Of a stretch of 64,000 nucleotides of DNA, positions 37,316 through 45,575 are shown in pieces. The stretch covers positions 1-64,000 of IMG/VR virus record IMGVR_UViG_3300025121_000282, one strand, 5' to 3'. Position 1 is the first letter of the stretch. Every line of letters starts with the position of its first letter. The notes below the pieces were generated by a model. It made no database searches, was not told the DNA's origin, and saw nothing but the letters and a program-made list of their open reading frames with translations. Position numbers and translations under genes: made by a program.

Positions 37316-40189
37316 ATGACTGATTACCAACAATTGTTAATTGCTGCAGGCATTACTCCGGGTACTATCCATGAACTGTACCTAAAGCACACAGATGTGG
37401 AATTGGCAGCCCAGGCTTCTGTGTTTGACCAGATAGTCCCGGAACATGTGGTGGCTTATTGGCGTAAAAAATGGGGCGTGAAGACTCTAACCTTTCGTCA
37501 GCGTAGAGACCTGGGCAAAGGTATACCAGACATTTCTGGACTCACTAAAGAGAAGTTTCTGGAGTTACATACCAATTTTGGAGACACTCAAATTGCCAAA
37601 ATTTATAACATCAGTAAACAGGGTATAGCCAAGCTTAGACAGCGATATGGCATTGCAGCCGTCAGTTATGAGAAGAGAATTAACCCAACAGACGAACTTA
37701 CTGATTTTCAGAAAGCCGTAATTATTGGAACATCTTTGGGAGATGGCCACATTACTGCGTCAGGATGTTTAAAGTTAGATCACTCTGCGGCTCAAATGAA
37801 TTACATCAAATTCAAACACGGTGTAGTTGCAAATATTTCTAAACGATTGCAATACTTTGAAGGAGATAGATTTAGAGAATACTTGACTTATGGGTTCACT
37901 TTCGTGACCTCTCCACACTCATGGGTAAAGGAGCTTCGTTCTATTTTGTACCCAGATGGAATCAAAGTTTTTCCATTGGATGTAATTGCTAGTTTGAAGC
38001 CTGTCTCTTTAGCTATGTGGTATTTTGACGATGGTCACTATGAAGACTATCCTAGTATTGCGATGGGACTGGCTACTTTGACTGATGTAGACAACGCTAT
38101 TGTTGGATTAGACACAGCCTTTGGTCTTAAAACGTATCTTTCTCCACGATCTTTACCCAATTGCCATGTTCTTCAGTTCAGAGCAGAGTCTAGTGATAGA
38201 CTATTTGAGTTAGTAGCTGAGTTTGCTACTCCAGATGTTGCCCACAAGATCCCTAAAAAATTTTGGCCTATTAAAATCGACTTACCTAAATACAAGGTTA
38301 CCAGAGAGGAGCTTCAGGTATCTAATGACCTGCAGAAGAAGTCTAAGTCTTGGCTCACAATGACTGAGGCAGAACAAGCAGAGCACACAAATAACGTTTT
38401 TCTTGGGTGGAGAGAAGTTGGTTTTCCTTTTCAGACTCCTAAATCAGAAGAGCTTCAAACCATCGTTGGTTTAGAAGACTATCAGATTTTAGACGAAGAT
38501 ACGATCAAAGCTTGCCAAGTTGGGCAAAGTATATGTCAAGCTTTCATGCCCCACATTTGGGGTCAAAAACCCATTGATTCTACTTACTCTATTAAAGAGA
38601 TTTTTGATGATGATCACATGTTTAAAACCGTTATTGTCAAATCTTTAAATGAAAAGAAGTCTGTTACAGCTGGTGCAATTAGAAGTTCTTTGCGTTCATA
38701 TCGCCGTTCAGGCTTATACAATTTTCGCCCAGCAGCTGCCCGTGTGTTGGTAGATAAGTATTGCGTTTCTGGCGGTACTGTATTTGACCCCTGTGCAGGG
38801 TGGGGTGGCAGACTTTTAGGTGTATTGCTATCTGAACAGAGGGTCAATTATGTGGCCTGTGAGCCTAGCTCTGCTACTTTTAATGGTTTAAATGAACTGA
38901 CCAATTGGTTGCAAGAGCACGGGGTAAATGCCAACAATCGCGTTCATTTGCACAACACCCCAATAGAGGACTTCATAGTTCCGGATGGCATAGACCTTAT
39001 TCTGACCTCCCCTCCATACTGGAAAAAAGAAATTTATTCAGACGAACCAACCCAATCTAGTATTAGGTATACTACTTATTCTGACTGGTTGGATCGATTT
39101 TTGAAACCGTTGATTGAGAATTCTTGGAAGAAACTCAATGCTGGTGGCCACATGATTTTGAATGTAGACGATTTTAATTTAAATAAGGAAACTTACAACT
39201 TAGTAGAGGATACTCAACGAATTGCGACTCAAGTTGGGTGCGGCTCTCCAATATCAATTTTTAAATATGACATGGCTTCTTATGGTGTAGAAAATTTTGA
39301 GTCGGTTTTAATATGGCAGAAAGAATCTGGGGTTGTACTTCCATTCCATACTAGACCTAAAGTCAAGTGTCAGCACTGTGGTGGTGATTTTGAAGCTAGA
39401 GCCGGCAAACAATTTTGCTCTACTTTGTGTCGAGTAAAAGGACATCGTCATAATTCTAAATTGCAATCTGACACAGCCAAATTTTGGGCATTGGACGAGT
39501 ATACCCGTTCTATTACAGATAAGTGTAGGTCTTGTGGATTTTATAAACTAAAATCTAATCTTTTGGGTCATGTATGTTCTGACTGTTCTGTTTTACCTCA
39601 TAACCCCAAGAAAATTTGCAAATTTTGTTCAAACCCGTTTCAAGCCGAAAATCTTACTCATCAATACTGTACTGAAGCCTGTTATAAAAAATACCGCAGA
39701 CGTGAATATCGAAAAACAGTTCCTGCTAAAACAACTCGCACAGCCAAATGTCAAATTTGTGAGAACGAATGGGAAGTCCCAGCAACAGGTGGGTGGCCTA
39801 CTAAATGTGATCAGTGTAAGAATCAATCTGATTTAGACGATCGGAAACGAGTTTGTCAGTATAGACATTGCAACACTGAATTTGTAGACACCTCTAAGTT
39901 TCAGGGTATGCATTTTTGTTCACCTGAACATCGAGGTGCCGAAAAACGCATACGTTCAGGTGCAACTGCTGATGTGCCCCCTAAGGATCTCGTTATTGGT
40001 CGTCAACGCAGTAAATGTATGCTGTGTAAACAGCCATTTCTGCTTAATGGAACTAAAAATACTCGTTGTGATGATTGTAAGGTAAAGACCAGAACTAAAC
40101 AGTGTTTGCGGTGTAGCAATCCTTTTATTGATGACAGTGCAAATAACACGTGCAAATTTTGTATTGTTTGCACTAAAATTTCACGTTAA
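37316..40189 (+). CDS. HTH + LAGLIDADG endonuclease + amino-DNA methyltransferase + multiple zinc-finger fusion
   Basis: HTH 'DTQIAKIYNISKQGIAKLR'; LAGLIDADG motifs 'IIGTSLGDG' and 'AMWYFDDG'; MTase 'FDPCAGWGGR' and 'LTSPPY'; about seven CxxC...C(x)xxC motifs at the C-terminus. Confidence 0.85.
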   Translation: MTDYQQLLIAAGITPGTIHELYLKHTDVELAAQASVFDQIVPEHVVAYWRKKWGVKTLTFRQRRDLGKGIPDISGLTKEKFLELHTNFGDTQIAKIYNISKQGIAKLRQRYGIAAVSYEKRINPTDELTDFQKAVIIGTSLGDGHITASGCLKLDHSAAQMNYIKFKHGVVANISKRLQYFEGDRFREYLTYGFTFVTSPHSWVKELRSILYPDGIKVFPLDVIASLKPVSLAMWYFDDGHYEDYPSIAMGLATLTDVDNAIVGLDTAFGLKTYLSPRSLPNCHVLQFRAESSDRLFELVAEFATPDVAHKIPKKFWPIKIDLPKYKVTREELQVSNDLQKKSKSWLTMTEAEQAEHTNNVFLGWREVGFPFQTPKSEELQTIVGLEDYQILDEDTIKACQVGQSICQAFMPHIWGQKPIDSTYSIKEIFDDDHMFKTVIVKSLNEKKSVTAGAIRSSLRSYRRSGLYNFRPAAARVLVDKYCVSGGTVFDPCAGWGGRLLGVLLSEQRVNYVACEPSSATFNGLNELTNWLQEHGVNANNRVHLHNTPIEDFIVPDGIDLILTSPPYWKKEIYSDEPTQSSIRYTTYSDWLDRFLKPLIENSWKKLNAGGHMILNVDDFNLNKETYNLVEDTQRIATQVGCGSPISIFKYDMASYGVENFESVLIWQKESGVVLPFHTRPKVKCQHCGGDFEARAGKQFCSTLCRVKGHRHNSKLQSDTAKFWALDEYTRSITDKCRSCGFYKLKSNLLGHVCSDCSVLPHNPKKICKFCSNPFQAENLTHQYCTEACYKKYRRREYRKTVPAKTTRTAKCQICENEWEVPATGGWPTKCDQCKNQSDLDDRKRVCQYRHCNTEFVDTSKFQGMHFCSPEHRGAEKRIRSGATADVPPKDLVIGRQRSKCMLCKQPFLLNGTKNTRCDDCKVKTRTKQCLRCSNPFIDDSANNTCKFCIVCTKISR

Positions 40190-40242
40190 CTATTCTTTTA
40201 CCCTTTTTATGCCCGTGTTAGTTTAACTACATAGGTTTTACC

Positions 40243-40677
40243 ATGACTACCATTGCAGATGCCATTTTAAGAGTAGCTTCGGTTTTACAAATCTCTGCTG
40301 ATAAACCTGTTGACAGGCTGCAAGTTATAATAGACAAAATTACTGAAGAGATGAAGATCAGTGACAACCCTGGTCTTGAACGTTTTCCAGCCGTTGTACG
40401 GTATCTAAGAGACCACAGAACGTCTGAATCCCTAGCCACAGACGTTCTGCATAAGATGTTCCCTAAAGACATGTCCCGTGATGTCAAGAACACTGTGTAC
40501 ACCAATAGGTACAACCCTAAAGTTGGTGACCATGTTAAGATTGTTGGTGGCAACTACAATGGGCATGTTGGTACCGTTCAAAGCCTGCACGAAGACAAAG
40601 TTATAATTGTTCTCAATAAACCAGTTACTGTTACGTATCATTCAGTATCAGTCCCTGACGTTTACATACATCGATAA
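40243..40677 (+). CDS. KOW-motif protein
   Basis: C-terminal 'KVGDHVKIVGGNYNGHVGTVQS'; N-terminal 'ILRVAS'. Confidence 0.65.
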   Translation: MTTIADAILRVASVLQISADKPVDRLQVIIDKITEEMKISDNPGLERFPAVVRYLRDHRTSESLATDVLHKMFPKDMSRDVKNTVYTNRYNPKVGDHVKIVGGNYNGHVGTVQSLHEDKVIIVLNKPVTVTYHSVSVPDVYIHR

Positions 40678-40685
40678 GCCACAAC

Positions 40686-41078
40686 ATGTCTCTTTTGAAT
40701 AAACTGAGATCCATCAGAACAGAGATGGCTCACGCTGCTCAAGAGGTGTATGACTCTTGGGACCAGGATGAAGATGGGGACGACCCAAAATTTGGCTCTG
40801 GTGGTATTTGTGACCGCATTTCTGACGCACTGGCTAGCGTAGTTGTCAACGCCATAGAAGACGTGGAAGTGCACGAGGGTGGGCAAGATGGGGACGACCA
40901 CTCGTGGTTAATCGTTATGAATAATGCCGAGGCCTACTCAGTGGACATACCACCCAGGGTGTACGAGACTGGTGGTGGGTACTCCTGGAAGAAAATTCCG
41001 GATGTTGTGTTCAAGTCTGACGACATTGTAATAGATAACATTCCTATTGGAGATGTTATAAATTTACTTGAGGATTGA
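40686..41078 (+). CDS. acidic hypothetical protein
   Basis: 130-aa ORF coupled to the next gene. Confidence 0.65.
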   Translation: MSLLNKLRSIRTEMAHAAQEVYDSWDQDEDGDDPKFGSGGICDRISDALASVVVNAIEDVEVHEGGQDGDDHSWLIVMNNAEAYSVDIPPRVYETGGGYSWKKIPDVVFKSDDIVIDNIPIGDVINLLED

Positions 41079-41683
41079 AAATGACACCAGACAACATACT
41101 TGAAAAATACACAAATAAAATTACAACCTACCTTAAGGACCCAAAACGGTCCAGAAACATTTTGGACCAAGTACTTATAAACCTGCATACCCAAATATTT
41201 GAAGAGTTACCAGTCTCAGTCTCTATTACAAAAAAAGAACATATAGACCTCGGCCACGGTAGGGTTGATGGATACGAAGACATAAAAGTACCCGGTGTAC
41301 CCTCTAGGTGTCTCTTGAAGTTAAGTTATACTATCGACATCCCAGAGGTACCGGGTTCGGTTGAACACGAAGCAGTAAGTGACATAATTAAGTTTCTGTA
41401 TGCTATTTTGCATGAAGAGGACCAGCTAGAGAAAATAGTTGAGCACACTATAGAGAACGACGATGAAAACTTTCCTGGGACCATAGACTGTGGCAGGGGC
41501 ATTTCTGCTGCTGTTGTGTACCAATTGCACACGTTGGAAGCAGATACTTTCATTGGCCACCAGGACCAATCTAAAATTTCTGTGAAGCTTGACATACACT
41601 TAAACCTTGATCCAGAAACTAAGTTTCATAAAGATGAATACCCCCACTTGAAGCCCGAAAGTCATAGAAGAGTGGAACCATAA
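41075..41683 (+). CDS. hypothetical protein (probable start ATG 41080 region)
   Basis: 202-aa ORF, acidic and His-rich. Confidence 0.6.
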   Translation: MKMTPDNILEKYTNKITTYLKDPKRSRNILDQVLINLHTQIFEELPVSVSITKKEHIDLGHGRVDGYEDIKVPGVPSRCLLKLSYTIDIPEVPGSVEHEAVSDIIKFLYAILHEEDQLEKIVEHTIENDDENFPGTIDCGRGISAAVVYQLHTLEADTFIGHQDQSKISVKLDIHLNLDPETKFHKDEYPHLKPESHRRVEP

Positions 41684-41742
41684 CGAAACCCGTGTTCGTT
41701 GTATAATTATAGCTGACGTGTAATAACAACACAGGAAAACCA

Positions 41743-42624
41743 ATGTCAGAGATTGAATACGAACGCGGCGTGTTTTTTACTTATGTGGTGCGCAGTGTGT
41801 TTACTGATGGCCAACAGGACATGCGGTTCAGTGTAGGTGACGAATTCGAGTACGACGGGACAATACTTCGTATTGGTAATGAAGAGACTACGTCACAAAG
41901 AATTAGAGGCGCCATCAAACACGGGTGGGCCACCAGACTGGGAAGCCCTAAGGTTGCGTTACAAGCACCCAGGGCCAACATAAAGATCTCTGCTGCACTT
42001 CCTGAAAACCGGGCTAAAGGTATGATGGAAATGACTGTGGAGAGATTTGAAGACGAGCGGGTGGTGGGTACTGTTGATGGCATCCGCGCTGCCGCTAAAA
42101 ACCCGAGTGGTAACATAGGGAAAGACCGTCAGCCCGCTCCTGCAGTTCGTACGGCATCAGAACTCAACTTTGTTGGTGATTCGGTGAGTGCTCCTGTCTC
42201 TCGTGGGGACAGAGTTGTAGCTACAATAAGCACCCCTCTTAAGACCTCATTTAACACAGAAACTGGTAAGACTGTGGACTTGAATACCGGCAAGCCCATT
42301 TTATCTGTGGATGAGGGTAAAAGAATAAATAGTGGCTACAGCGAAGCAGAAATTGCTAACATAAACAGAGACACTGCTCCTTCTCGGGTGGTTGAGCGTG
42401 CATCTAGACCCTCTGTTGCCCGTCCAACAGTTAAGGCACCAGTCCAGGCCGCTCCTACAGAATTGGAGTGGGACCTTAGTGCCAATCCTATGAAGAGAAT
42501 TGGAGACATGAGAAAGCAGTTTGCTGACCGTCCCGATGTTCTTTTACAGCTTTACAGCATAGAAACGCCTAAAATTAAGGCCATGATGGTGGAAAGATTT
42601 CCAGGGGTGTCATTTCCTAAGTGA
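41743..42624 (+). CDS. hypothetical protein with folded termini and low-complexity linker
   Basis: 293 aa; TATAAT at 41702 and an AGGA ribosome-binding site upstream. Confidence 0.7.
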   Translation: MSEIEYERGVFFTYVVRSVFTDGQQDMRFSVGDEFEYDGTILRIGNEETTSQRIRGAIKHGWATRLGSPKVALQAPRANIKISAALPENRAKGMMEMTVERFEDERVVGTVDGIRAAAKNPSGNIGKDRQPAPAVRTASELNFVGDSVSAPVSRGDRVVATISTPLKTSFNTETGKTVDLNTGKPILSVDEGKRINSGYSEAEIANINRDTAPSRVVERASRPSVARPTVKAPVQAAPTELEWDLSANPMKRIGDMRKQFADRPDVLLQLYSIETPKIKAMMVERFPGVSFPK

Positions 42625-43190
42625 TACTTGTATTAGCACAGCTGGTGAGTCCTATCACCCCTCCAACAGAGGATGTTTGTATAAACCACACAATGTGGTC
42701 CGCGCAAATACGCCCTCTGTTGGAGAAGTTAGATAGACTTGAAAAAAGTACCCCCAGTATAGAGCTAGACCCAGTATACATTGTAGAGGACCAGTTCGGT
42801 AGAACGTACGTAAAGAATACCAAGGCAAAAGGCACTCTTAGATGGGCGGATTTTACCGTAGACCTTGAGTGGGAACCTAAGGTAGACATACATAAAATCC
42901 AAACTTCGAAGTCAGAGTCCAAATTTGACTTGGAATTTCAGTTTTTGTTGTACCCATTCGGAGTTTACAAATCTGGGCCTGTAATAGAAAATTTTGACAT
43001 TTCTTTAGCGTACCCACTTTTTGAGTGGAATTCATTCTCACCAATAGTGTACACAGGCATTCAGTCATACGGATTTGGAACTCAGTATCGTCTGGTACCT
43101 CATATGGCTTTGAGTGTAGTATTGGGTAATGGATGGTACACTCAAATTGACCTGTATGGCGGTCTAGGTGTGGCGTTTAGTATTTTTTAA
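42621..43190 (+). CDS. hypothetical protein with outer-membrane beta-strand-like C-terminus
   Basis: Alternating hydrophobic/aromatic C-terminal strands ending in Phe (YGGLGVAFSIF); short hydrophobic N-terminus. Confidence 0.4.
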   Translation: MILVLAQLVSPITPPTEDVCINHTMWSAQIRPLLEKLDRLEKSTPSIELDPVYIVEDQFGRTYVKNTKAKGTLRWADFTVDLEWEPKVDIHKIQTSKSESKFDLEFQFLLYPFGVYKSGPVIENFDISLAYPLFEWNSFSPIVYTGIQSYGFGTQYRLVPHMALSVVLGNGWYTQIDLYGGLGVAFSIF

Positions 43191-43198
43191 CTCTTGTA

Positions 43199-44839
43199 TT
43201 GTTACACATGGATAACACAGTATACGACAAACTAAAATCAATCCGCTCAAAGACTGATTTAGAGATTAAGCCTTCACAGTTTATAAACAAGACTCTGCCT
43301 GGAACTGACACACCACTAGAAGCTAGAAACTACCAGAAGATAGGTATACTTCATATACTACTAACCCCTAGGATGGTACTTGGAGATGACACTGGACTCG
43401 GAAAGACCCTGAGTAGCATTTTTGCTTTATGTTACATATGGGAACGTGAGTCTCTAAAGACCATAGTTGTTACCACCAAATCGGCTAAGAGACAGTGGTG
43501 GGACGAGTTTTACAAATTCACCAACCAGGGTGACAAGGTTAAAGTTGTAGAGGGTAAGCCACAAGCACGTAGAGAAGTGTATGAGGCGTTTGCCAAAGAT
43601 GACAGTCGAGTCCTTATACTACACTACCACCTGTTGATTCAAGATTATGCCTACCTACTATCAGCCATAAAGGGGATAAGATACGCCCTGGTACTGGACG
43701 AAGTGGCTAATTTAAAAAATCCAAAGTCCAAAACACATAAAATATGCTTTGCTTTAGCAAATAACAAAAATGTAGCCAGGGTAGTCGGACTTACAGCCAC
43801 ATTACTTAAGAACAGATTGGAAGAGGGTTTTGGTGTTTACAGGATAGTTAAGCCTGACGTATTTTCTACTTATTATAAGTTTTTAGACGAGTATTGCATC
43901 GTTAAAATGCAGAAAGTCCCTGGAAACAGACAAGTACCCATAGTGGTTGGCCATTCTAAGATTCAGATTCATAACTTTAGACAGGCCATCGACCCATATT
44001 TTATAGGCAGGCTAAAGTATGATGTTGCCAAAGAGTTGCCTAAGATAATAACAAGAATAATAGACTGTTCTATGTCTAAACAGCAAATAGACCTATATAA
44101 AGAGATATATATAAACAACACACTTACTAAACCCAACGGAGAAGTCCTAGAGCTTACAGACTTGACTCAGAATGGGTATGCCCAAGCTGTGGTAAATAGC
44201 CCCCATTTGCTAGGTTTCACTGTAACTGAAGACCCCAAGTTAGAGACAATACTAGACTTACTAGAGAATGAGCTAAGCGGCGACAAAGTTATTATTTTTA
44301 GTCAGTTACGCACCATGATAGACACCATGGTGCCCCGGTTAACCAAAATAGGAAGGAAGCCATGCAGGATAACCGGGTCTGACAAAGAAAAAGAACGGGA
44401 AGCAGCCAAGAAGGGATTTCAGGGGGATAGGTATGACACTATATGTATTACCACCGCTGGGTCTGAGGCTATTAACTTACAACAAGCATCGGTCATCATA
44501 CTATACGACACCCCCTGGTCCTGGGGTGACTATCTACAGATTCTAGGTAGAGCAGTGAGAATTGGGTCTCCTTATGAGGGCGTTACGGTGTATCATATAG
44601 CAGCCAGTATACCCTCAATTCATAAGATGGGAAAGATTGCGTCTCCATCTAAACGACTCTGTCCTTCGGATTCTGTCCCTACTATTGATTACATCAAGAT
44701 AGCAAGGATCATGTCCAAAAAGAGCTTGATCGAAGCGGCTATGGCTCAGTCTTCTACAGTTTTAGACATAGACAAAGATGATGTTGTGTCGAATAAAGAT
44801 TTGATTCGTCTTGCCAGAGAAGAACTGGCAGCACAATGA
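43199..44839 (+). CDS. SNF2-family SF2 helicase/ATPase
   Basis: 'GDDTGLGKT', 'VLDEV', 'LTAT', 'AGSEAINLQ' and 'QILGRAVRIG'. Confidence 0.92.
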   Translation: MLHMDNTVYDKLKSIRSKTDLEIKPSQFINKTLPGTDTPLEARNYQKIGILHILLTPRMVLGDDTGLGKTLSSIFALCYIWERESLKTIVVTTKSAKRQWWDEFYKFTNQGDKVKVVEGKPQARREVYEAFAKDDSRVLILHYHLLIQDYAYLLSAIKGIRYALVLDEVANLKNPKSKTHKICFALANNKNVARVVGLTATLLKNRLEEGFGVYRIVKPDVFSTYYKFLDEYCIVKMQKVPGNRQVPIVVGHSKIQIHNFRQAIDPYFIGRLKYDVAKELPKIITRIIDCSMSKQQIDLYKEIYINNTLTKPNGEVLELTDLTQNGYAQAVVNSPHLLGFTVTEDPKLETILDLLENELSGDKVIIFSQLRTMIDTMVPRLTKIGRKPCRITGSDKEKEREAAKKGFQGDRYDTICITTAGSEAINLQQASVIILYDTPWSWGDYLQILGRAVRIGSPYEGVTVYHIAASIPSIHKMGKIASPSKRLCPSDSVPTIDYIKIARIMSKKSLIEAAMAQSSTVLDIDKDDVVSNKDLIRLAREELAAQ

Positions 44840-45570
44840 CCAATTTAAACCCTAACTGTACTAAGTGTGGGGGGCGTGGCCACTACAAGACTCATAAAGA
44901 CGAATTGGGCCGCCGTGTCTTTAAAAGATGTGAACTGTGCCACCCTACTACAGCCAGTTTGGCTAATTTGGGCAGGCTGGAAAATGCACCGACTCTGTTG
45001 CAAGACACCACAGAGTCTAACCCTATACTTAAATTTTTAAGTTCTAATTTGGTTATACGTGACACCAACTACTCAGACCAGTACAGCATGTTTGACGTTT
45101 TGCTTAAAAATGCGGTGCTAAAAACCCCTGACTGGGTATACGGGGAAGTTACAGACAGAGAGTTGGTTGATGCTTGGTTGGGTAAAAGTGATTTGCTAGA
45201 GGGCATGGGCATCACCAGGGAACGGCAGTCTAGTACAGATTTGGTAAGAAAACCACCGCTGTTGATTCTAAGATTAGGGTTTATTACATACAAACACAAT
45301 GGGTTATCTGAACAAGTGTCTGATGCTCTGTTATTTAGAAAAATGTACAACAAACCCACTTGGGTTGTACTAGGTATATCAGACGACTTTGACCAGACAC
45401 ACCCCTGCTGGTCTCCTAAAAACGCTGAGATACTCTCCAGCTTTCCTCAAACCACCCTTGCTAAAGGGGCCAAAAAAATACCCAAGCCAAAGCCCGGTGT
45501 TGCTCCAGACACTTCAGGTACATCTGGTATACCTAATGACGGATATTTCTCGGATATTTCGAAGGTTTAA
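44836..45570 (+). CDS. degenerate DnaC/DnaI-like helicase loader
   Basis: N-terminal CTKCGGRG..CELC finger; AAA+-like 'LLILRLG' and 'RKMYNKPTWV'; no intact P-loop; directly upstream of dnaB. Confidence 0.5.
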   Translation: MTNLNPNCTKCGGRGHYKTHKDELGRRVFKRCELCHPTTASLANLGRLENAPTLLQDTTESNPILKFLSSNLVIRDTNYSDQYSMFDVLLKNAVLKTPDWVYGEVTDRELVDAWLGKSDLLEGMGITRERQSSTDLVRKPPLLILRLGFITYKHNGLSEQVSDALLFRKMYNKPTWVVLGISDDFDQTHPCWSPKNAEILSSFPQTTLAKGAKKIPKPKPGVAPDTSGTSGIPNDGYFSDISKV

Positions 45571-45575
45571 CAACA

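Noticed and set aside
37316-38300. LAGLIDADG domain as part of a fourth intein
   Set aside because: No Cys/Ser start block, TxxH block B or terminal HN, and no host protein sequence flanking it on the N-terminal side.
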